32,135 nucleotides of DNA from Candidatus Woesearchaeota archaeon (lineage in GTDB: Archaea > Nanobdellota > Nanobdellia > Woesearchaeales > 21-14-0-10-32-9), in NCBI GenBank assembly GCA_003560545.1, contig PWLK01000081.1:1-32135 (forward strand), in the 5' to 3' direction. The notes below the pieces were generated by a model. That model had not been told where the DNA came from. It worked only from the letters and a program-made list of their open reading frames with translations, and searched no databases. Shown here in pieces: positions 1 to 8,421 of this stretch. Positions within the stretch are counted from its first letter, which is position 1. Each line of letters opens with the position of its first letter. Position numbers and translations under genes: made by a program.

Positions 1-550
1 CATTCAAGGCATCCAAAGAAACGTTATGCCTGGAAAGCACGTCTTTCATCCTGCCTTTTGAAAGGAACTGGCAGAACTGAGTTACGTTCTTAGGGCGCTG
101 AGTGTAACGGCACCGCTCAAAATCAATCAAGACAGGAACTGCTTCTCTTACAATTATATCCTTATGAGGATTAGTCATCTCGTACTTGTTAATGCCTAAC
201 AAATCCATCTTCCTGCACTGCACTAACACCTCAAGCAAAACATCCAGTAGTTCTTCCTTGGAAGCATTTTCCACCCATTTATTGAAAGGAACCCCTTCGA
301 CGAATTCACGCACAAGGAAATCATTTTCTTTATCGTAATAATAAAACTTGGGTCCAACGCCTGTCTCGTTCAGGGCCTTGTTAAACATGGCTTCGCCTGC
401 CACAGTATTATTAGCGTTGCTGCAAGGATTCCTGGATTTCAAAAGAAAAACTTTGCCATCCAGAACGGATTTGTAAACCACTCCCCGCTTGCCCTTAGCA
501 AAAAAATCTTTGTTCTCCCATAAAAGCTTTGCCTTGTCTTTCCAAGCCAT
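1..550 (-). CDS. Small RIO/Bud32-like atypical Ser/Thr protein kinase (COG2112-like). The 3' end runs off the window.
   Basis: ORF is open to the window edge and is not in the supplied track. Hand translation from ATG 548-550: MAWKDKAKLLWENKDFFAKGKRGVVYKSVLDGKVFLLKSRNPCSN...GPKFYYYDKENDFLVREFVEGVPF...NPHKDIIVREAVPVLIDFERC. It has a Gly-rich loop (GKRGVVY), a hinge (EFVEG) and an HKD...IDFE catalytic segment. Confidence 0.6.
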   Translation of the reverse strand, partial: MAWKDKAKLLWENKDFFAKGKRGVVYKSVLDGKVFLLKSRNPCSNANNTVAGEAMFNKALNETGVGPKFYYYDKENDFLVREFVEGVPFNKWVENASKEELLDVLLEVLVQCRKMDLLGINKYEMTNPHKDIIVREAVPVLIDFERCRYTQRPKNVTQFCQFLSKGRMKDVLSRHNVSLDALN

Positions 551-570
551 GGCTTAAAAGAAAACCCAGA

Positions 571-583
571 TAAATATAAATAT
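571..583. promoter_or_regulatory. AT-rich TATA-like element shared by the divergent genes starting at 550 (-) and 604 (+)
   Basis: taaatataaatat is centred about 27 nt from both ATGs, in a 53-nt intergenic region. Confidence 0.4.
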
Positions 584-603
584 GCCTGTTAAAACATAAT
601 AGG

Positions 604-3108
604 ATGGCTGATAAAAAGAAAAGCTTTTGGTCCAAGCACAAAGTCTTGATTTCAGTAACCACGATACTATTCCTTGCATTCCTCTTTGTGTCAGCAGGGA
701 TTTACTTTAGGGTAAGCTTCTTGCTGCACGAGGAAATAATCATACAGGTAAGCCCCAGGTATTCCTCCCTGGAAGTAGAAAGAAATGAGTACAAAGAACA
801 AATGATAAGCGTGGAAGTCCAGAGCACGTGGATGTGCAACGCTGAATGCAACTACGAATTAAGAAATATTGGCACAGGAGAAATACTGGCCAGCAAAAAC
901 ATAACTGTTACCGGAAGCGAAAAAACGGAGCTGGAACATTGGTTTGGCACGGATGAATACGGGTACGGCCAGGATTATTATACGTACACAGTAACATGCA
1001 AAGCTATTCCTACAGTGCTATGCTCCGCTGAAAACCCTGAGAGAAAAAGGGTTTCTGTGATCACAGTCAACTACGAGCCCTCCAGAGATGAAAAAGAAGC
1101 AGAGGAGTTCCTGAGAGAAAGGTTTCAAAACCTGACTGCGCAGCTGAACACAGCTGACACCAACATTCTGACAGGCGAAGCCAGGCTAGAACAAATCAGC
1201 ATTAAGAAGGATGACTTGGAAGATCATGCGAATGACAGCAAGCAATTACTGAACGAAATAAGGTCAAGCATTGGAATTATCACTGGATCCTGGAACGAGA
1301 GTAACTTTCTGGGTGCAAAGCAAAATTACGAAGAGCTGAATGTATCAGGGGAAGCAGAAGAACTTGCCCGTACCACGAATACTTTTCTTGAAATGATATC
1401 TGAAAGGATAGAAACACATAACCAGGCAGTGCTGGTTTTAGACGAGATATACGATGACAGGGCTTTCACGAACAACTTGTTCGAGACAAGCAAAGCTAAC
1501 AATGATTTAACCCGTTTATTCCTGGATGCAACAACAAGTTATAATAGCTTAACCAAGAGTTTTAACACTGATGATTTCATTAGTTACGAGGAACTCATAA
1601 GCGATCTAAGCATGGTTAACGATTCGTTCAACGACGCAAAAGCCGAGTACGTTGAGGCTTATTTAAACAGCACGGAGGACTACTTAGACTTGTTCTTAGG
1701 AGAGTTCTCTGCTTGTATAAGCAACGCAGCTGGTTGTGAGCCTGAAGAGATTAGCAGCGTACTCCGCGAAAACGTATCTGTTACTGAAAGTTTTAGGCAT
1801 ACGAATAACAAATGCCTTACTGCAAGCAACGTGCTCGGCGAAACGAGCAGGATAACAAGTGAAAAACAAGAGGTTCTCGGGCAAATAGACAGCCAGATGA
1901 GAGCTGAAGCAGAAAAAGAAAAAAACAAGGTGATGCTTTCGGTAATCCTGAGGTATGAAGAAGAATTAATAGAGGGAGAACTTGAAAATACTTCTATGAT
2001 GGGAAGACTTCAAGAATACAAAGAGAATTTTGAAAGAGAATTAAACGAAACAACTATCACGAGTAACTACTACCCTTTTTCGTATAATGAATCGTTAAGA
2101 GAGTACTTTACACCAATTGATATGAGCAGGGTTGAACTATTAGATGAAAAATGCCTGCCTCCTAATGAAACACTTTTCTTCGAGGAACCATTGCGGGACC
2201 TGAAAGAGCAGCCTTATGATGTGGTTGAAAGCAACAAGACATATTCTTTGCCAGAGGTACTTGCTATGTGCTGCGCTTACAATGAATGCAGGCCTTGTTG
2301 TGAGCATGGATGTGAAAAGAATAATCCGTTAGTATTATTGCATGGCCACGCATTTATCGGAAGGCATACCCCTGAATACTCTGCGGATGCGTTCAACGAA
2401 ATGCTGGACTTTTTCTCAGAAGAGAAATTGTACCTTCCAATGTCAACTCTTACTCCTGAGAAAAGGTTTCTTGAAACAAGAACCGGTGACCTCGGAAGAA
2501 ATCATAAGCCTATAGCTATGAAAGCAACTTATTATTATATTGCTTACGTTGACGGCCCTGGCTACACCACTATTATAAGCAAGAGCGAGAACATAGACAC
2601 GTATGCTATACGGCTTGAAGAGATGATAACCTGGCTGAAAAATGCTACTGGCTCAGAAGAAGTTGATATAGTCGCGCATTCCATGGGAGGCTTAGTAGTC
2701 AGGAGGTACTTGCAAGTGTTCGGGGAGGAGAGTGTTGACAGGGTTATCATGATAGGCACTCCTAACCATGGGATTACGCCTGTGATTGGAAGGCTTTGCA
2801 GCGTGTTCGGAGAAGAAAGGGAGTGCAGGGACATGGAAGAGGGAAGCGCGTTTATGAATACTTTAAACCAGCCAGAGCATATTCCTGGGAACGTGGAATT
2901 GCACACGATAAGAGGGGAAGGATGCCGTATGGAAGGGGGAACCGGGGACGGGATAGTGTTAGGTGAACGCGTCCCATTGGATTACGCTGAAAACCATGTT
3001 ATCAGGAGGGATTGTGATATCTTACAAGAAAACATGCATACAGACATGCTGAGCCCGGAGAAATACCCTGAGGTATACGAACTGATAACAAGGATACTTC
3101 TAAGATAA
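604..3108 (+). CDS. Membrane-anchored, probably extracellular Cys-rich/coiled-coil protein with a C-terminal alpha/beta-hydrolase (lipase class 2 / PGAP1-like) domain
   Basis: N-terminal TM helix (VLISVTTILFLAFLFVSAGIYF). Many N-x-S/T sequons. Cys cluster CCAYNECRPCCEHGCE. Nucleophile elbow VDIVAHSMGGLVVRRYL, then IGTPNHG, GDGIV and HTDML as candidate Ser/Asp/His triad. Confidence 0.7.
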   Translation: MADKKKSFWSKHKVLISVTTILFLAFLFVSAGIYFRVSFLLHEEIIIQVSPRYSSLEVERNEYKEQMISVEVQSTWMCNAECNYELRNIGTGEILASKNITVTGSEKTELEHWFGTDEYGYGQDYYTYTVTCKAIPTVLCSAENPERKRVSVITVNYEPSRDEKEAEEFLRERFQNLTAQLNTADTNILTGEARLEQISIKKDDLEDHANDSKQLLNEIRSSIGIITGSWNESNFLGAKQNYEELNVSGEAEELARTTNTFLEMISERIETHNQAVLVLDEIYDDRAFTNNLFETSKANNDLTRLFLDATTSYNSLTKSFNTDDFISYEELISDLSMVNDSFNDAKAEYVEAYLNSTEDYLDLFLGEFSACISNAAGCEPEEISSVLRENVSVTESFRHTNNKCLTASNVLGETSRITSEKQEVLGQIDSQMRAEAEKEKNKVMLSVILRYEEELIEGELENTSMMGRLQEYKENFERELNETTITSNYYPFSYNESLREYFTPIDMSRVELLDEKCLPPNETLFFEEPLRDLKEQPYDVVESNKTYSLPEVLAMCCAYNECRPCCEHGCEKNNPLVLLHGHAFIGRHTPEYSADAFNEMLDFFSEEKLYLPMSTLTPEKRFLETRTGDLGRNHKPIAMKATYYYIAYVDGPGYTTIISKSENIDTYAIRLEEMITWLKNATGSEEVDIVAHSMGGLVVRRYLQVFGEESVDRVIMIGTPNHGITPVIGRLCSVFGEERECRDMEEGSAFMNTLNQPEHIPGNVELHTIRGEGCRMEGGTGDGIVLGERVPLDYAENHVIRRDCDILQENMHTDMLSPEKYPEVYELITRILLR

Positions 3109-3654
3109 TCGAGCTTTGTAAATAAGGATGTCTTCAAAAAAGAAATGTTTCTTTCCAATAACCTCGAATCTGTATTTTAATTCTTTCAACTTCCTTTCAA
3201 GAAACGGAATATCTGCGGTTGAGCTTGCAACAAAGAACACAACGCCGTTCTCTGAAAGAAACTCTTTGGCCTGCTCCAAGAACTCAACGGTTACCTCAAC
3301 GCCTTTCCTCCCGCCATGCAAGGACTCATCATAATAATCATCCTCCCCTAAGGGAAGGTATGGTGGGTTAAAAACGATTAAGTCCGCCTTAACACCAGGG
3401 AATTCTTTGAACAAATCACTCTTAAAAACGTTTACATTACCCGCGTTAGCTGAATCAAGTTTTTGCTTTGCAGCTTTTACTGCTTCAGCATCGATATCGC
3501 AGGCAAAAATTTTTTCGGAGAAAGAAGACAACGCTAAAGCAATGATACCGGAACCTGTACCTATATCAACAGAAACCCCTATTTTTTTACCTTTGAACTG
3601 TTCGAGTAATTTATCGCGTAAAAGAAAAGAATCTTCCCTTGGCTCGTACACCAT
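3100..3654 (-). CDS. HemK-related N5-glutamine methyltransferase (archaeal Mtq2/PrmC-like)
   Basis: MVYEPREDSFLL N-terminus, SAM motif VDIGTGSGIIA and the NPPY motif (IVFNPPYLP). About 184 aa, as in the archaeal hemK-related family. Confidence 0.75.
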   Translation of the reverse strand: MVYEPREDSFLLRDKLLEQFKGKKIGVSVDIGTGSGIIALALSSFSEKIFACDIDAEAVKAAKQKLDSANAGNVNVFKSDLFKEFPGVKADLIVFNPPYLPLGEDDYYDESLHGGRKGVEVTVEFLEQAKEFLSENGVVFFVASSTADIPFLERKLKELKYRFEVIGKKHFFFEDILIYKARLS

Positions 3655-3657
3655 GAA

Positions 3658-4149
3658 TTACTCCTCTTCCTTTCCTTCTTCAACATTCCGAAAAGCAATA
3701 TCTGCTTCAACGAAATACTCCCTTACACGAGAAATAATAGAATCAAGATAATACTTTTCAATCTTCTCAGAGAACAACTCCGACAAAGAAGCATTCTCAT
3801 TAATCCTATAATAATTACCAATCCTCTCCACCAACAACAAATCCCTCAACCTCAAAACCTGCCTCCTAATATTACTAGGAGCAACACCCAACAAAGGCAA
3901 GCCTTTCTCTTCCCTTAAACCTATTACTTTTTTTTCAATCTCAGTACTAGTCAAACCATCCGAAGAACGACTTTCCAATAAAACAAGAAAAACATCCACC
4001 ACGACATCCCTGGAATCACCGGGCTGCAACAAGCCAATACTCAAACAAAGCTTCCTAACCAACTCCCTCTTCTCCAAGCCACCAGGCCGCTCATACTTCC
4101 TAAGAGTAACCTCGGACAACGGAGTATCCCTTGAAATCAACTTAGCCAT
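3658..4149 (-). CDS. Winged-helix DNA-binding protein (putative transcriptional regulator)
   Basis: Start moved to ATG 4149 (MAKLISRD...), about 30 nt downstream of a TATA-like box. wHTH-like LTSTEIEKKV...APSNIRRQVLRLRDLLLVERIGNYYRI. Confidence 0.5.
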   Translation of the reverse strand: MAKLISRDTPLSEVTLRKYERPGGLEKRELVRKLCLSIGLLQPGDSRDVVVDVFLVLLESRSSDGLTSTEIEKKVIGLREEKGLPLLGVAPSNIRRQVLRLRDLLLVERIGNYYRINENASLSELFSEKIEKYYLDSIISRVREYFVEADIAFRNVEEGKEEE

Positions 4150-4174
4150 AATAAAATGAAAAGAAACCAAGTAC

Positions 4175-4187
4175 AATATAAATATTT
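4175..4187 (-). promoter_or_regulatory. TATA-like box for the wHTH gene
   Basis: aatataaatattt lies about 30 nt upstream of ATG 4149, implying a leaderless or very short leader mRNA. Confidence 0.4.
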
Positions 4188-4191
4188 CTAC

Positions 4192-4641
4192 TCACCTAGG
4201 CCTGCCAGTAATAGAACCCGTGACACGCCTCTCAAACAAATAACCATCAGGAACGTAATCAAGATTAACCCTTACATTAACCAAGTCACCACCAAAAACA
4301 AAATCTGTATCACAATGAACGAATTCACGGCCACCAGAAGAAATAACCACACTCAAATCTTCCTCGTAAGACTGGCCCTCGAAAACGCATTCCACGCCCT
4401 CAACGGTTACCTGAGCACCAGCCATATTCCTAAGAGACATATTAACCAAGCCATCACTAGTAACCTGGAACTCCTCGCAAATAAAATCCTCTGTAAAAGT
4501 ACAACTGTCAGGAACCAAATGCTGTGGGTTAGGAAAAAAAACTAGGTACATCGCGCCTATCACGATAGCTGCAGCGATCATAGCCCAGCCATAAGTAGTA
4601 AGATACTCAATCGCTGCCTGACCCTTCCTATCCTCTAACAT
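4192..4641 (-). CDS. Protein with a class III signal peptide (archaeal type IV pilin-like), paralog A
   Basis: N-terminus MLEDRKG|QAAIEYLTTYGWAMIAAAIVIGAMYLV: basic residues-Gly cleavage site, Q..E motif and a hydrophobic helix. GGAG Shine-Dalgarno upstream. Conserved PDSC...CEEF motif shared with the next gene. Confidence 0.7.
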   Translation of the reverse strand: MLEDRKGQAAIEYLTTYGWAMIAAAIVIGAMYLVFFPNPQHLVPDSCTFTEDFICEEFQVTSDGLVNMSLRNMAGAQVTVEGVECVFEGQSYEEDLSVVISSGGREFVHCDTDFVFGGDLVNVRVNLDYVPDGYLFERRVTGSITGRPR

Positions 4642-4691
4642 CTTCCAACTCCAAAAAAAAGGCTAAAAAAAGAGAAAAAAAATTTGCTTTA

Positions 4692-5192
4692 TTATTCTCG
4701 CACTGTAGCCGTAATCGTGCCAGAGGCCGTACTATCAAAAGAACCTCCTGACCTCCTATGGTCAAACTCAAAAGCAAGCCTTGCTTTCTCGCCAGGAGAT
4801 GCTTGGACGTCATCTACATCGCAGTGCAGGAAGAACCTTCCACCATCAGCAATCCTGCCATCAGTTATTTCATCAACGGCACCAGCCTCGCTATAAAAAC
4901 CACAAGAACCACTTACGATAGAGTCCCCAGCTATGTTTACATCTCCACCACTAAGTTCTCTGGTACCACCCATGTTGTTAATAAGGCTAATATCAACAGA
5001 ATTCTCAGTTACCTCGAATTCTTCACATGTAAATCCGCTTGTAATTGAACAGCTGTCGGGGATTAACTGCTGAGGGTTTAAAACGCCGAAGTATGCTAAT
5101 GCTCCGATCATAACCAATATAACCATAAACGCCCAACCGTATGTTGTTAAGAACTCCAGGGCTGCTTGGCCTTTTCTTTGTTTAATAACCAT
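4692..5192 (-). CDS. Protein with a class III signal peptide (archaeal type IV pilin-like), paralog B
   Basis: MVIKQRKG|QAALEFLTTYGWAFMVILVMIGALAYF. GAGGTG Shine-Dalgarno 9 nt upstream. LIPDSCSITSGFTCEEFEVT aligns with LVPDSCTFTEDFICEEFQVT of paralog A. Confidence 0.7.
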   Translation of the reverse strand: MVIKQRKGQAALEFLTTYGWAFMVILVMIGALAYFGVLNPQQLIPDSCSITSGFTCEEFEVTENSVDISLINNMGGTRELSGGDVNIAGDSIVSGSCGFYSEAGAVDEITDGRIADGGRFFLHCDVDDVQASPGEKARLAFEFDHRRSGGSFDSTASGTITATVRE

Positions 5193-5364
5193 TTGTGCTT
5201 ACACCTCTCACAAAATTTTTTTTATTCGGATAAAACCCGTTGGTTTATCTTAATATAACATTACTCCTTTAATTACTCATATTTAAAGTTTTCTACTATT
5301 ATTATTTGAGTAAAGTATTTATAAGCAACGCTCTTACCAACTCTATTTGGAGGATTGATGGCTT

Positions 5365-6321
5365 ATGAATAATGATTTTGCTTATGAAAAAGAAGTTGTT
5401 TCAAAGAAAATAGAAGAAGTTATAGGACAAGAAGATGTTAAGAAGCAGTTGAAATCTGCTATTCTTATGAGGCGCCACGTGATAATCGTAGGTCCTCCAG
5501 GGATTGGAAAGACTACTCTTGCAAGGAGTATAGCAAGGATACTTCCTAAGAGGAAAAAGGTTAATGAAGAAACTAAAGAGGAAGTTGAGAAAGAACCTGT
5601 TTTTGTGAGGGTTCAGGGCAGCCCTGACCTGACCGCTGAAGACTTAATAGGAGATATTGATCCTGTTAAGGCGTTGAAGTACGGACCTCTTTCAAAGGAA
5701 GCTTTTACCCCGGGTAAATTGTTTAAGGCAGATGGAGGAATACTTTTTTTTGACGAGGTAAACAGGTGCAGTGAAAAGCTTCAGAACTCGTTGTTACAGG
5801 CTTTGGAGGAGAGAAAGGCTACTATTGGGAGTTACGATGTGGACTTAGACGCGGATTTTATATTCATAGGAACTATGAACCCAGAGGAAGCAGCCACTGA
5901 ACCTTTAAGCGATGTATTCCTTGACAGGTTTGACTTGATATACATGAAGCCGCCTGCTTCTATTGATGAAGAGCTTGAAATAGTAGACTTGAAAGGAAGG
6001 AAACTCACAGGGTTCCCAGAAGACTTGTTGGCTAAGACTATTGCGTTCATAAGAAACCTTAGGTCTAGTAAGGACTTGGAGAAACATCCTTCGGTGAGGG
6101 CCAGCCTTGGTATATATGAGAGGGCGCAGAGCAATGCTTACCTTGACAAAAGGAAAGAGGTAAATGTTAATGACGTGCAGGAAGCAATGGTTTCAGTTTT
6201 AAGCCACCGGATTCGTTTAAAGCCTTCTTTGAAGTATTTGAAGAGTGCTTCTGAGTACGTAGCAGAGCAATTCTCAGAGTTCGCGGAAGACGAAAAAATC
6301 ACAAAGGGTGGTGGCCCGTAG
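5365..6321 (+). CDS. AAA+ ATPase of the ChlI/BchI (MoxR-related) family
   Basis: Walker A GPPGIGKTT and Walker B GGILFFDEVNR. LQNSLLQALEERKATIG...FIFIGTMNPEE...FLDRFDL closely follows the Mg-chelatase I-subunit pattern. Confidence 0.8.
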   Translation: MNNDFAYEKEVVSKKIEEVIGQEDVKKQLKSAILMRRHVIIVGPPGIGKTTLARSIARILPKRKKVNEETKEEVEKEPVFVRVQGSPDLTAEDLIGDIDPVKALKYGPLSKEAFTPGKLFKADGGILFFDEVNRCSEKLQNSLLQALEERKATIGSYDVDLDADFIFIGTMNPEEAATEPLSDVFLDRFDLIYMKPPASIDEELEIVDLKGRKLTGFPEDLLAKTIAFIRNLRSSKDLEKHPSVRASLGIYERAQSNAYLDKRKEVNVNDVQEAMVSVLSHRIRLKPSLKYLKSASEYVAEQFSEFAEDEKITKGGGP

Positions 6322-7549
6322 CAGGGAGCAAAGCTTTACCAGTGAGGAAACAGAATTCTTAAAGCAGGAAGACAGGACTAGTGTTGAGAAGGGCAGTGCT
6401 GAAGAACTGCAAGGCAAGCTTGGCAAGGATAACAGGGAAGATAAGTTAATGCACACCGTTATGGATGTGGACAAGGACAAGGTTGAAAAAGCCTCTGTTT
6501 TAACTGATGCTATAAACAATAATATTTCTAGCTTTACACCCGACCTTTCTTTTGAGCAAATGGTAAACAATTACAGGAATGCAAAGAAACTAATGGGAGA
6601 AACACTTATCCGTGAGCTAACAGGTTACGCGCCGGGATTCGTGGAAAAAAATATTCGTGTGCCCGAGTTTCAAAGGGAGTTAAAGGAAAGGATAAAGCAA
6701 AACACGGATAAGCTCAAAAAAGAAGGCCTCCTGGATTCTAAAGGATTCATAACAGACCAAGCCTATGACTACGAAGCACTAAGCATGCTCTCCGAGGAAC
6801 TAGATGAACTCGAAGGTAAAGGATTATTGGGCAGGAAGGAGAGCAGGAAGCGAAGTGAGTACGGCGAAAAACAAGACACCAGGCGTTATAAGAAAGGGGA
6901 TAAGTTCAGGAACGTATCCTGGAGGCACACCGTAAATAAAAGCATGAGGCGAGGGCACAATGAACTAGAGAAAGAAGACTTCGTAGTACATGAAAAAATG
7001 GCGAAAGGAAAAGTGAACATAATCTACGCGCTTGACAATTCCGGGAGCATGAAAGGAGACAAGATAAAAGTAGCGAAGAAATCAGGGATTGCCCTGGCAT
7101 ACAAAGCAACACAGCACAACGACAAAACCGGGCTAATAGTATTTAACTCAAAGATAGACAACGCAATAACCCCAACGCATGACTTTGAAACCATCCTAAG
7201 AGAAATAGCAAGAATAAAAACAACTGGAGAAACAGACATCGCACTATGCATCCACAAAGCACTCGAATTATACCCGAACAGCAAAGAAACCAATCACTTA
7301 ATACTACTAACCGATGCGTTGCAAACCCTTGGGAAGAAACCCGAAAAAAAAGTCCTTGAAACAGCATCCAGGGCGGCAAGCGCAAACGTAAGCATATCCA
7401 TCATCGGGATAAACATGGACAGGAAAGGAGAAGAACTCGCCAGGAAAATCGCAGACATAAGCAAAGGCACGCTATACAAAATAAGAAACCTGGAAGAAAT
7501 AGACAGCATAATCCTGGAAGACTACTACCAAACAAAAACACACCTCTAA
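6308..7549 (+). CDS. von Willebrand factor A protein (ChlD C-terminal-like) with a long charged N-terminal region. No signal peptide.
   Basis: Complete MIDAS: IYALDNSGSM (DxSxS), TTGETD, LLTDA. A GTG start overlaps the ATPase stop by 14 nt. An alternative ATG at 6449 is possible. Confidence 0.75.
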   Translation: MVARSREQSFTSEETEFLKQEDRTSVEKGSAEELQGKLGKDNREDKLMHTVMDVDKDKVEKASVLTDAINNNISSFTPDLSFEQMVNNYRNAKKLMGETLIRELTGYAPGFVEKNIRVPEFQRELKERIKQNTDKLKKEGLLDSKGFITDQAYDYEALSMLSEELDELEGKGLLGRKESRKRSEYGEKQDTRRYKKGDKFRNVSWRHTVNKSMRRGHNELEKEDFVVHEKMAKGKVNIIYALDNSGSMKGDKIKVAKKSGIALAYKATQHNDKTGLIVFNSKIDNAITPTHDFETILREIARIKTTGETDIALCIHKALELYPNSKETNHLILLTDALQTLGKKPEKKVLETASRAASANVSISIIGINMDRKGEELARKIADISKGTLYKIRNLEEIDSIILEDYYQTKTHL

Positions 7550-7560
7550 AAATAGAAAAT

Positions 7561-7570
7561 TATATAAATA
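7561..7570 (+). promoter_or_regulatory. TATA-like box upstream of the pilin-like gene at 7615
   Basis: tatataaata, followed by GAGGTG (7604-7609) 5 nt before the TTG start. Confidence 0.4.
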
Positions 7571-7614
7571 AAAACAACGGGTTTTAACACATTATAGTTA
7601 AAAGAGGTGCTAAC

Positions 7615-8154
7615 TTGAACAAAAAAGCAGGACTAAGCCTAGGAATAAACACGATCATCGTACTCGTAATAGCAATGGTCGTCATCGCAGCAGGAGTAAG
7701 CTTCATACGAACATTCTTCACAGCCGGCGAAGAAAGCCTAATCGGAGCATTCGAAGTAGGAGAATTCGGCAGGCAACCCGACAGGAACGACCAATTAGTG
7801 CTAAGCCAAGGAAACACTATAAGCATGAGAGGAGATGACAGACACATCTTAAGAGTAGGATTCTACAATATAGGAACAGAAAAGGATGTAATAATAGACG
7901 TAGGGGACTGCGTGGGAGAAGGCGAAGATGGCGGAACTCTGAATGCAACCATAGTATCCCCTGTGTTTAGCGTAGGTCCAAGCACAGCGCAAGGCTTTGA
8001 AACAATATTCCGACAAACAGAACCAGAAGAAGACGGAAGCATTCTCAGAAGCGGAACATTCATATGCGTAATACAAGCATGGAACGCAGAGGAACAAAAC
8101 GGAGGTAGTAATCCTTTAGCAGAAACATCGCTAGTAGTAAACCTAGTAAGCTAA
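7615..8154 (+). CDS. Pilin-like secreted protein (N-terminal class-III-like signal/anchor plus a beta-rich domain)
   Basis: TTG start with a strong Shine-Dalgarno. MNKKAGLSLGINTIIVLVIAMVVIAAGVSF. Downstream motif ILRVGFYNIGTEKD parallels VVFYVGIYNNYTETKE in the 8422 gene. Confidence 0.5.
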   Translation: MNKKAGLSLGINTIIVLVIAMVVIAAGVSFIRTFFTAGEESLIGAFEVGEFGRQPDRNDQLVLSQGNTISMRGDDRHILRVGFYNIGTEKDVIIDVGDCVGEGEDGGTLNATIVSPVFSVGPSTAQGFETIFRQTEPEEDGSILRSGTFICVIQAWNAEEQNGGSNPLAETSLVVNLVS

Positions 8155-8162
8155 GAAAAAAA

Positions 8163-8402
8163 ATGATAAAACGCAAAGGAAACAAGCTGCACTTAAGCAA
8201 AGAAGAGGAATTCGAAATCCTCAAAATGGTCTTGGACAAGTTCTTATGGATAGGCACCATAAGCCTAATGGCAGGAGTATACCTCCTACTAAGGCCTGAC
8301 TCAGAAGTCGGACTAGGCTTACTGGTAACACTGATAGGAGCAACACTGCTACTAATGTTCACATCCATAATCACGAAGCAGTTCAACTACTCCAAAGACT
8401 AA
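8163..8402 (+). CDS. Small membrane protein with two TM helices, function unknown
   Basis: 79 aa. Two hydrophobic helices (FLWIGTISLMAGVYLLL and LGLLVTLIGATLLLMFTSII). Tightly packed between two pilin-like genes. Confidence 0.45.
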   Translation: MIKRKGNKLHLSKEEEFEILKMVLDKFLWIGTISLMAGVYLLLRPDSEVGLGLLVTLIGATLLLMFTSIITKQFNYSKD

Positions 8403-8421
8403 GTTCTGAGAAGTGCTAAGA

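Noticed and set aside
5365-7549. ChlI/ChlD pair read as a genuine magnesium or cobalt chelatase for tetrapyrrole synthesis
   Set aside because: There is no ChlH/CobN-like large subunit or tetrapyrrole gene nearby. The vWA protein lacks the ChlD AAA half, and the neighbours are pilin-like proteins. This cannot be fully excluded without the rest of the genome.
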